Shown: positions 1 through 8,265 of the stretch, piece after piece | How positions within the stretch are numbered: position 1 is the stretch's first letter | How the letters are laid out: the number at the start of each line of letters is the position of its first letter | Sequence record: MT446416.1 | Reading direction: 5' to 3' (one strand) | Length of the DNA stretch: 64,000 bases | Position numbers and translations under genes: made by a program | Notes under the pieces: generated by a model | What the model was told of the DNA's origin: nothing | The model's database searches: none | Seen by the model: the letters and a program-made list of their open reading frames with translations, nothing else

Positions 1-423
1 GTGAGAACGAACAACTTCGTACAGAATACCTTCTTCATCTACAATGTAATGTTTGAATGGTTCAAAATTAACTCTTGTATCTGCTGGGATATGATCATCG
101 GTAATTACACGAATAACCACCTCATCGATAGGTACATCAGTCAGTACTAAATTGTGCTCATCTGCGTATTCCTTCGCTTTCTTCGCACTCATACCTTCTT
201 TTTCACGAATTGCATCAAGCATTTCATTGTTGAGACGTTTAATACGTGCTGCTTTAGCTTTATCTAAAAGTTCTGCTGTAATTTCGGATTCATCAAAAAC
301 TATATAATCATACATACTGTAGCACTTATCAAGTAACCAGCAATATGAGATTTTACTTTTTTGTATCTCACGAAGTAAATCAGCATTGTTAAGATACTTT
401 TTACGCTTCGGCCTATTTGTCAT
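1..423 (-). CDS. T4 gp55-like late-transcription sigma factor (N-terminal part; runs off the window edge)
   Basis: Not in the ORF track; translated by hand from ATG at 423 (SD GGAG): MTNRPKRKKYLNNADLLREIQKSKISYC...YEVVRSH, open to base 1. The YLNNxDLLxEIxKSK start and EVxRSH resemble jumbo-phage gp55-like sigma factors. Confidence 0.65.
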   Translation of the reverse strand, partial: MTNRPKRKKYLNNADLLREIQKSKISYCWLLDKCYSMYDYIVFDESEITAELLDKAKAARIKRLNNEMLDAIREKEGMSAKKAKEYADEHNLVLTDVPIDEVVIRVITDDHIPADTRVNFEPFKHYIVDEEGILYEVVRSH

Positions 424-480
424 TATTTCAACTCTCCATGTTTTAAATCCAATAGGTACATTCCTTGTACCATCAATGTT

Positions 481-508
481 ATTATAGCACCAAAAACGTC
501 TTTGTCCC
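481..508 (-). promoter_or_regulatory. sigma70-like promoter for the gp55-like gene (GGGACA-N16-TATAAT)
   Basis: Perfect -10 at 481-486 and GGGACA at 503-508; the same arrangement recurs at 44551-44578. Confidence 0.45.
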
Positions 509-511
509 ACG

Positions 512-519
512 TATAAATA
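512..519 (+). promoter_or_regulatory. T4-type late promoter TATAAATA
   Basis: Exact T4 late consensus 36 nt upstream of the baseplate operon start. Confidence 0.75.
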
Positions 520-554
520 CATCAAATGTTCCCTTCTTATGGAGAATCAAAAAG

Positions 555-1286
555 ATGATTGATCGTAGAATCCGATTAAGACCTAAAACCGCAGGTGCTA
601 ACTATGTGTATGGTGATTTTGGCAACAGTTCAGAACCAACATTGCTATCGTTTCTGCGTCCAACAAATGGTTTGGTTTGGACTGTAACCCCAACTGTAAC
701 TGAACAAAGGTCTGTTCAATATGAAACACAGTCCCCTATACATACTAACAGTAACTATAACAACTACAAGAATACAACAAACACTGTTTTCACTATCCAA
801 GGTGAGTTTTATGCGAACACTGCTGCTGAAGCAATGTATGCATTGGCTTGTGTTCATTTTATTCGTTCCGTGTCCTTAATGGACTTTGGTCGTCAAGCAG
901 CATCTGCTAATAATCCCGAACTAGCAATTGCAGGTGCACCACCACCAATTTTACTATTAAGTGGGTATGGTCGTTATACATATAATGATATTCCTGTTAT
1001 TTTGAAAGCATATAATTTTACATATCCAAATGATGTGTCTTACATTCAGGTTCCATTGGATAGTAGTGATAGTACTTTTAATTTATCTGATATGGATAGT
1101 CGTAAATTCTTCGAACAGCTTAGAAGTACTGGATATATGAATCCACAAGATGAGGTATGGGTTCCACAGAAAATATCGGTAACGCTTCAACTTGAAGAAC
1201 AACCAACATCTGATTACATGACTAAAAAGTTCAACCTAAATGCATTTAAGCGTGGTGAACTATTACGTAATGGAGGATTTATCTAA
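555..1286 (+). CDS. baseplate tail-tube cap/initiator (gp48-like, tube fold)
   Basis: Start moved to ATG 555 (SD GGAG). Motifs FTIQGEF and PPPILLLSGYG...IPVILKAYNFTYP; first gene of the baseplate operon. Confidence 0.6.
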   Translation: MIDRRIRLRPKTAGANYVYGDFGNSSEPTLLSFLRPTNGLVWTVTPTVTEQRSVQYETQSPIHTNSNYNNYKNTTNTVFTIQGEFYANTAAEAMYALACVHFIRSVSLMDFGRQAASANNPELAIAGAPPPILLLSGYGRYTYNDIPVILKAYNFTYPNDVSYIQVPLDSSDSTFNLSDMDSRKFFEQLRSTGYMNPQDEVWVPQKISVTLQLEEQPTSDYMTKKFNLNAFKRGELLRNGGFI

Positions 1287-1600
1287 TGTCCAATTATAGT
1301 CAATACTCTCCTTATGCAAAGGTTAAACAAACGTGGTATCTTGGTTACAATTTACCACGTGATATGGTTCCTGCTGATACTGACGACTTCTATGTAATTC
1401 CATTGAAGTATGAGCATCAACCTTGGCGTTTAGCATACGAAATGTATGGTAATGAACGTCTGTATTATGTATTTGCCCTATTGAATCCTGATATATTAGG
1501 AGAAGACCCAATATACAATTTTAATAGTGGTATCACAATTCGTGTTCCCTCAAATCAACGAGTGCAAAACTATTTGAACGGTACTCGTAACATAGGTTAA
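1286..1600 (+). CDS. baseplate wedge protein, gp53/LysM-like
   Basis: QPWRLAYEMYGNERLYYVFALLNP...ITIRVPS is the gp53/tail-X pattern; 104 aa; coupled to the previous gene. Confidence 0.7.
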   Translation: MSNYSQYSPYAKVKQTWYLGYNLPRDMVPADTDDFYVIPLKYEHQPWRLAYEMYGNERLYYVFALLNPDILGEDPIYNFNSGITIRVPSNQRVQNYLNGTRNIG

Positions 1601-1611
1601 TGGAGTAAAGT

Positions 1612-3867
1612 ATGGCAGATTTACAAAGTTCTGTTGATAATTTTAAAAATGATATTTCAAACATCACAAGTTCTGCAAAGGCAGCAAAAGAAACTGCAAC
1701 AAGTACTATTGAAAGCTTAAAAGCCACTGCTAATACTTTGCAAAATGATCTTGAAAAAGTAAAAAACAATTTTAAAGCTAAGGTTAGTAACGTACAGTCT
1801 TTACCAAAGCAAAGTGCAAGCGTTGACCAAGTGTATGAAGACTTGGATCTAAGTGAGTTTGTTATTCCTTATGACAATAAATTGTTAAAGTATGACAATC
1901 CAACTTGGCACTTTTCCCTTTTCGCATTAGACAAGGATGATTTCAAAAACTTCTGGCTTTACCCAGATGCTGAAGTTCAACGTCATGTCATCTCTGAAAG
2001 TGGTGTAACTGGAAAGTATAATATCACAAGTGTTCAGATGACGCAAGCTGGTCCTTCAACTCCAGGGATGACAACCAACTATTGCTTCAACACAGCAGTA
2101 CTGAACCTTTCAGAAAACAATAGTATGAGTTTATATGATGAACTAATTTCTTTAAGTAATAAACTAAGGTATCATAAGTTCATGGACTTACCTTTAATAT
2201 TAGAATTGAAATTTATTGGATTCAATACTAATGGTGTACCTGAAACTATACCAGAAACAACTCGTAAATGGTCCGTGAAGATTAACAGTGTTACCGCTAG
2301 TGCATCACAAAGTGGTAGTACTATGATGTATTCTATGAGTCTTGTTCATAACCGTACTGCTCTAGTGGATAACGTTGAATGGACTCTTAAAGAACCATTT
2401 AACTGCACAGCAGAAAACTTTGGTGATTTTTGTTTTGATTTGGAAGATAAATTGAATCAAATGGCAGACCAACAATATGGTTATTTGCGTTATAAATTTG
2501 GTGAGTTAGCAGAAGGGAAGTTCTTTGAATTTAAAGTTGCACCAGATTTACAGGATTTGTTTATAAACTATGATTCTAAACAGATGGCAGAAGCTGGAGC
2601 TACAAAAAGTGGTGCACAGGGTTCTAAAAACTTTTCATGGAATCCAAGTACTCCAATTTCTCGAATTATCGATGACGTAATAGATACCTGTACTGTACAG
2701 GCTGATGATAGTACTAGTGTTCGTCAATTTGTTAATATAATCCCACTTAAACAGTATGTTGGATTTGATAATTACCGAAACACGTCAGTTTATAAAGTTG
2801 TTTTCTATATAGTTCGTTTTAAAATTGGTGATATTGTTCATGAATCCGATTTACAGCCAGAAAACTTTACATTTGAGTATTTCTTTGAAAATGCCGAGAA
2901 ATATGTAGACCCAAATGACCAAAAACCAAAGATTAACATGAAAACTTACAATTATCAGTTTAGTGGACTCAATAGTGAGATTCTAGACCTTGATTTGAAG
3001 TTTGACCAGCAATTCTTTGTGGCTACAACTCGTAACCCTGGGCCAATACAGGATGTTGCTAACCACGCTGGTACTCATACCTCCCAAGAATTGAATATAC
3101 AAGGGGTTCAGTACAACAGTATACCAGATGCATGGGCAAAAACAAGTGATTTACGCGTTACACGTGATCTTGGTGGTATGTTAACACAGGCTCAGGAACA
3201 ACTACTCAATCAAGTTGAAACTTTAGCAAAAGAACAAATGCAAGTTGGTAATGCTGAAGAACAGGATCGTTATAATAACTATCAAGTAAACGTTCTACCA
3301 CAGTATATTGAAGATTATCTAACCACATATGAAGAAAATGACGGTGGAACCGATGGAATTGGTCATCGATATGGTGAAGTATTCACAATGCCAACTGAAG
3401 CAACCAATAATGAAACAACATTATCTGCATCATTGAACGATAACAGTAGTACATATGAAATGGACCGCCGTAAAATTCGTGACAACTATTACAATCGTCC
3501 ATTCTTGTGTAAATTGGATATGCGTGTAGTTGGTGACCCATATTGGTTAGGTTGGAGTGATTATCCATATATCCAATATCTTGAACAGGTAATTAATGGA
3601 GAAGATATGGAAATTAATCCAGAAGATTACCATGTAGCAAACTACATTACATCTGAAGCATATCTTTTATTGAAATTACAACCTGTAGTTTCTATAAATG
3701 ATAACACTGGTGTTCTTGATATTAATACCCCAACTACATTTAACCAAACTGTTTATCGTGTAAACAAAATTGTTCATGATTTTGGTGCAGGTGGTTCATT
3801 TACACAACAAATTCAGGCTGCAATTGTAATTCGTGCACTCAAACGTCACGATAGTATAATTGAATAA
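1612..3867 (+). CDS. baseplate hub protein (gp27-like)
   Basis: 751 aa between gp53-like and gp5-like genes; C-terminal LDMRVVGDPYWLG and YRVNKIVHDFGAGGSFTQ hub-type motifs. Confidence 0.55.
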   Translation: MADLQSSVDNFKNDISNITSSAKAAKETATSTIESLKATANTLQNDLEKVKNNFKAKVSNVQSLPKQSASVDQVYEDLDLSEFVIPYDNKLLKYDNPTWHFSLFALDKDDFKNFWLYPDAEVQRHVISESGVTGKYNITSVQMTQAGPSTPGMTTNYCFNTAVLNLSENNSMSLYDELISLSNKLRYHKFMDLPLILELKFIGFNTNGVPETIPETTRKWSVKINSVTASASQSGSTMMYSMSLVHNRTALVDNVEWTLKEPFNCTAENFGDFCFDLEDKLNQMADQQYGYLRYKFGELAEGKFFEFKVAPDLQDLFINYDSKQMAEAGATKSGAQGSKNFSWNPSTPISRIIDDVIDTCTVQADDSTSVRQFVNIIPLKQYVGFDNYRNTSVYKVVFYIVRFKIGDIVHESDLQPENFTFEYFFENAEKYVDPNDQKPKINMKTYNYQFSGLNSEILDLDLKFDQQFFVATTRNPGPIQDVANHAGTHTSQELNIQGVQYNSIPDAWAKTSDLRVTRDLGGMLTQAQEQLLNQVETLAKEQMQVGNAEEQDRYNNYQVNVLPQYIEDYLTTYEENDGGTDGIGHRYGEVFTMPTEATNNETTLSASLNDNSSTYEMDRRKIRDNYYNRPFLCKLDMRVVGDPYWLGWSDYPYIQYLEQVINGEDMEINPEDYHVANYITSEAYLLLKLQPVVSINDNTGVLDINTPTTFNQTVYRVNKIVHDFGAGGSFTQQIQAAIVIRALKRHDSIIE

Positions 3868-3880
3868 GGAATAATTTAAG

Positions 3881-6547
3881 ATGGCAGATACAAGTAAGAA
3901 ATATGCCCAACAACAGTTGGGTCGTTTTGACCCTTCGTATCCACAACTAGCAACCGTGATGGATAACCGTGACCCAACTAAATCCGGTAAGCTAAAAGTG
4001 TGGATTCAAGGTTCACAAAGTGATAAAAATTCAAAAGAGTCATGGATTGAAGCATCATACATGTCTCCATTCGCTGGTAAAACTCCAGGGATACCAAGTG
4101 CTGATGCTTATGGTCAATATCCAAAGGGATATGGTTTTTGGGCGGTTCCACCTGATGTCGGATGTACTGTTGTTGTTATATTTGCACAAGCAAGAACATT
4201 CCAAGCGTATTGGATTGGTTGTGTTTATGACCAACGTATGAATACGATGGTTCCTGGAATGGCTACTGAAATAAGCAACTATGCTGGTACTGATATGCCA
4301 TTACCCGTAACTGATTATGACCGTAATACAATTTCTACCAGTACACAAGACAAATATGCAAACGTTCCAATTATTGCAGGTCTGAAAAAACAAAACTTAC
4401 TTTATGATGAGGAAGCGGGTGTTGCTAACCGTAGCAGTACTCGCCAAACTACCAGTACGGTTTATGGTCTTTCATCACCTCGTGGTAACAGTTTTATTAT
4501 TGATGATGGTTACACAGAAGAAGAATTAACAGCACCTACATGGGATCAAGATCCAGATGGTTATCAGGATACACAATTCAATAACCCAGTAAACGATACT
4601 CGCGTTGGTTCTCGTAAAAATGAAGGCGTTGTAATTAAAACACGTAGTGGTGCACAGTTGTTGTTATCTGAAGCCTCTGGTGATGTTCTTTTAATTAACC
4701 GTGATGGTACTGCACGTATTAAATTCACTGGTGAAGGTGACATTGAAATGCACTGTGATAAGAATATTAACATTCGTGCAGGACAAGATATTAACATGGT
4801 TGCTGGTCGCTCATATAATATTGAAAGTGGAGCAGACTTCAATGCTCGTGTTGGTGCAAACACTAAACTAGATTTGGTTGGTGCATTGGATGCTAAAGTT
4901 GGTGGTCAGGTTGTTATTAACGCTGGGGCAGATTTACGTTTAGTAACAGCAGCTTCATTACGTATGCAAAGTGGTAGCAGTACTGATATAACTGCTGGTT
5001 CTAATGCGTCAATCTCTGCTGCTACCAGTGCTAATCTTATTGGTTCTTCATCAGCTATTATTAGTGGTGGTGGTCAAACTCTTACTGTTAACAGTGGTGG
5101 TAATAGTGGTACTGCTGAATTTAATGCACCAAACTTCCGCACCCCATCTGCTGGCTTGAATGAACATATACATGATATATCGGCTTGGGTTGATGCAGAG
5201 AATCACGGCAGTACTGTTGAACCTCCACGTCAAGGTGGTGGTAGTGGGAATAGTGAATCCCCAGTTCAACCTGAACCTGCTAATGATGTAGCTCCAACTT
5301 TAGCTCCAGTACAGGACACTGAAGCAATTCAATATGTAAATTATACAACAGAAACAGAACAAGTTCAAACACAAGATTTAATGACTTCTGATCCTGGCAT
5401 GGCTGGTTATAGCATTACGTATGAAGGTCTTCATATGTTCATGCCGTGTAGTGGAACCATTCGCCAATACGGTTATTGGGGGAAAGGTGTCCCGACTAGT
5501 GGTGGTGGTAAAGCTGATAGAAGTGGCTGGGAAATACAGTGCAAGGGTGATGTTGTAGCTCCAGATGGTGGTGTAGTTGTTATCACGAATGGTGCTTTAT
5601 TGGTTCAACATAAGTCTGGATATAAATCTGTATTTTATAATATTCAATCAGATTTGCTCAATAAAGACGTTGTTCAAAAAGGACAAGTACTGGGGAAAGC
5701 TAATGGTGTTATTCAATTTGAAATAAGAGTTACCTCTGCCAACGTACTGGGATTTAGTGGTTCAGTTGACCCTGGATTATTCTATGCATCGCAGACTGGT
5801 ACAGGTTCTGAAGCGGGAAATAAAACATTAATTGCAGGACAAGCAACGAACCAAGCAGCACCGAAAGCTGTTGTTCAACCTTCTGTTGATAGTGATGAAT
5901 TAGTTGTCTCCACTAAAATTAAAACCATCGGTACTGGATATTCACAACGTGGTTCTAGGCATGTCCCTCGTCGTAGAAGAACACAACGTTCAGGTGGTAG
6001 TACCGCAGCACCAACTGCACAAGAATCATACAATGTTGGTAATGTTGACAAGACGGCAATTGACTGGAAAGTTGTTCCTGGTGATTCACAATTTATTTCC
6101 GAATTGAAAGAATATGAAGGGACAATGGCGTATCAACAAGCTAAAGGATATTACCGAAATGGTAAATTCTGGAGATATTTAGACAGTCGTGGGTTCCCAA
6201 CCATTGGTTACGGACACTTGATTGTTGGTGGAGAAAACTTCTCTGGTGGTATTACCGAACAGGAAGCCAATGATATGTTAGTTCGTGATAGTAGTAAAGC
6301 TATATATGATGCCAAATCAATCTACGCTTCTTATAAGATGAAAACACCTTACATGGCACAACAAGTCCTATGTCAAATGGTCTTCCAGATGGGTAAAGGT
6401 GGAGTAATGAAATTCAAGTCAATGCTATCTGAAATGGCGAAAGGAAACTATAAGCAAGCTGCTGCTCAAATCCGAAATTCTGCTTGGTATCGCCAAACAA
6501 CTCGTCGTGCTGAATTAATGGCACGAAGATTAGAGGCATGTCAATAA
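3881..6547 (+). CDS. central spike/tail lysozyme (gp5-like): OB fold, beta-helix, HxH tip, M23-like domain, GH24 lysozyme
   Basis: DNRDPTKSGKLKVWI...GYGFWAVPPDVG (gp5/VgrG OB fold); 8-residue beta-helix repeats; C-terminal EG...YLDSRGFPTIGYGHL and WYRQTTRRA (T4-lysozyme family). Confidence 0.85.
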   Translation: MADTSKKYAQQQLGRFDPSYPQLATVMDNRDPTKSGKLKVWIQGSQSDKNSKESWIEASYMSPFAGKTPGIPSADAYGQYPKGYGFWAVPPDVGCTVVVIFAQARTFQAYWIGCVYDQRMNTMVPGMATEISNYAGTDMPLPVTDYDRNTISTSTQDKYANVPIIAGLKKQNLLYDEEAGVANRSSTRQTTSTVYGLSSPRGNSFIIDDGYTEEELTAPTWDQDPDGYQDTQFNNPVNDTRVGSRKNEGVVIKTRSGAQLLLSEASGDVLLINRDGTARIKFTGEGDIEMHCDKNINIRAGQDINMVAGRSYNIESGADFNARVGANTKLDLVGALDAKVGGQVVINAGADLRLVTAASLRMQSGSSTDITAGSNASISAATSANLIGSSSAIISGGGQTLTVNSGGNSGTAEFNAPNFRTPSAGLNEHIHDISAWVDAENHGSTVEPPRQGGGSGNSESPVQPEPANDVAPTLAPVQDTEAIQYVNYTTETEQVQTQDLMTSDPGMAGYSITYEGLHMFMPCSGTIRQYGYWGKGVPTSGGGKADRSGWEIQCKGDVVAPDGGVVVITNGALLVQHKSGYKSVFYNIQSDLLNKDVVQKGQVLGKANGVIQFEIRVTSANVLGFSGSVDPGLFYASQTGTGSEAGNKTLIAGQATNQAAPKAVVQPSVDSDELVVSTKIKTIGTGYSQRGSRHVPRRRRTQRSGGSTAAPTAQESYNVGNVDKTAIDWKVVPGDSQFISELKEYEGTMAYQQAKGYYRNGKFWRYLDSRGFPTIGYGHLIVGGENFSGGITEQEANDMLVRDSSKAIYDAKSIYASYKMKTPYMAQQVLCQMVFQMGKGGVMKFKSMLSEMAKGNYKQAAAQIRNSAWYRQTTRRAELMARRLEACQ

Positions 6548-6559
6548 ATATTTCAGTAC

Positions 6560-6567
6560 TATAAATA
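6560..6567 (+). promoter_or_regulatory. late promoter TATAAATA
   Basis: Exact consensus upstream of the standalone lysozyme. Confidence 0.7.
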
Positions 6568-6584
6568 ATAATGAGGAAATCTTT

Positions 6585-7073
6585 ATGAGTAAATGGGAAA
6601 TCAAAAATACCGACGAACAATTTTTTAAAGAAATTAAAGAATTTGAAGGTACTATTGCGTATCAGAAAAAACTTGGTTATTTTAAAAATGATAAGTTTTG
6701 GGTATATAAAGACAGTCTAGGTCTTGATACCATTGGTTACGGTCACCTTGTACTTAAGGGTGAAAGTTTCAAAAATGGACTCACTGAAGCAGAAGCTGAT
6801 GCTCTCCTTATAAAAGATGCTCAGACCGCTTACAATGACGCAAAATCAATCTATGATCAATTTGGAATGACTGCTCCAGTACAGGTTCAGCGTGTATTGT
6901 GGTTTATGGTGTTCCAAATGGGTAAATCAAAAGTTTTAAATTTCAAAAAAGCGATGGCTGCTCTTGGTCGTGGTGATTATAAAACTGCTGGTAAAGAAAT
7001 GCGTGATAGTACGTGGTACAAACAAACCACATCCAGAGCGGAGAAGATGGCTCGAATCGTCGAATCCGTATAA
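6585..7073 (+). CDS. GH24 (T4-type) lysozyme, paralogue of the gp5 C-terminal domain
   Basis: EFEG...YKDSLGLDTIGYGHL, MVFQMG, WYKQTTSRA; SD GAGG. Confidence 0.85.
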   Translation: MSKWEIKNTDEQFFKEIKEFEGTIAYQKKLGYFKNDKFWVYKDSLGLDTIGYGHLVLKGESFKNGLTEAEADALLIKDAQTAYNDAKSIYDQFGMTAPVQVQRVLWFMVFQMGKSKVLNFKKAMAALGRGDYKTAGKEMRDSTWYKQTTSRAEKMARIVESV

Positions 7074-7088
7074 TAAAGGAAACACATA

Positions 7089-7484
7089 ATGGCAATTGTT
7101 TTTAAAGGTTTTTCAACTCCAGTAGTTGGAAGAACTGAAACATTGTATGACAGTGAATTGGTTCGTCAGGATTTAATGAATCATTTCAATACAAAAAAAG
7201 GTGAACGTGCATTTGATGCTGATTATGGGTTCATTGCGTGGGATTTGCTATTTGAATTGGATGGTTATAATACAATCAACCTTTTGGAAGCAGATGCCCG
7301 TAGAATTATTAGCTTGGACCCACGTTTAAGCTTAAAGAAACTTCAAATATCAAGAATTGAGTACGGTTATCAGATGGATATAGTACTTGAATATGTTGTT
7401 CTCAATACTCTTGAAGAATTAACTATAGTTTTTGATGCAAGAAGTAACAACAGAATGGCTACCTATTCTGTATCATCTTTGTAA
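7089..7484 (+). CDS. baseplate wedge protein gp25-like
   Basis: LVRQDLMNHFNTKKGERAFDADYG...DLLFE...IISLDPRL is the gp25 family pattern. Confidence 0.85.
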   Translation: MAIVFKGFSTPVVGRTETLYDSELVRQDLMNHFNTKKGERAFDADYGFIAWDLLFELDGYNTINLLEADARRIISLDPRLSLKKLQISRIEYGYQMDIVLEYVVLNTLEELTIVFDARSNNRMATYSVSSL

Positions 7485-7490
7485 ATTATA

Positions 7491-7519
7491 AAAGCACTCT
7501 TCGGGGTGCTTTTCTTTTT
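7491..7519 (+). terminator. intrinsic terminator
   Basis: AAAGCACTC-TTCG-GGGTGCTTT followed by a T tract. Confidence 0.8.
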
Positions 7520-7520
7520 G

Positions 7521-7528
7521 GATAAATA
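7521..7528 (+). promoter_or_regulatory. late promoter GATAAATA
   Basis: TAAATA core directly after the terminator and before the endonuclease/gp6 genes. Confidence 0.6.
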
Positions 7529-7554
7529 TTTCTATATAATTCATGGAGTGATGT

Positions 7555-8262
7555 ATGAAAAGTTATTATGGTTTCATTTATCAATGGGAAGATAGCACCA
7601 ATGGTATAAAATACATAGGTTCTCATTATGGAGCAACAGATGACAATTATGTGTCATCTAATGTTATAGTTAATAGAATTTATAAGGGAAGACCACAGGA
7701 TTTATCAAGAACAGTTTTAGAATATATTATAGTTGATGATAAGAAATTTTTATTGGAGAGAGAACAAAAATACTTAGATTTGATATTACCCTCTGAATTG
7801 TACACGAGTTTAAACAGAAAAAATAAAACCGTGAAATATTACAACATGAAAAGGAATGCATGTGGTGGTAACGGTGGTGTAGGAAGTAATGGTATGTTGA
7901 AAAATAAAATAAAATATTTTAACAAACATACATTTGAACAAAAATTCTTTAGTAGTACTGACATTATACCAGATGATTGGGTTAAAGGTGTACCATCCTC
8001 AAAGGTTAGCTGTACTGGAAGCACTTGGTATCTGAATATCAAAACTGGGGAAAATAAAAGATTTAAGAATAATCCAGGTATTGAATGGATTGAAGGTAAA
8101 CGTAATATTTCAACAACACCAAAAAAAGTAAACACTCCGTATGGAATTTTTGAAAGTGCATCTGAATGTGGTAGACAGACTGGGATAAAACAAGCAACTG
8201 TAACGTTTAGGTGTCGTTCAAAATCATCTAATATGGCAAATTGGTTTTATATAGAGGAATAA
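7555..8262 (+). mobile_element. freestanding GIY-YIG (Seg-like) homing endonuclease gene
   Basis: N-terminal GFIYQWEDSTNGIKYIGSH (GIY-YIG); C-terminal NUMOD1/HTH-like GIFESASECGRQTGI; AT-rich; inserted between gp25 and gp6. Confidence 0.8.
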
Positions 8263-8265
8263 ATT

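Noticed and set aside
465-554. ORF-track upstream extensions (also 11778, 24122, 24195, 29856, 44615, 51091, 59674)
   Set aside because: They overlap promoters and lack SD sites; downstream ATGs have GGAG/GAGG-type SD at proper spacing
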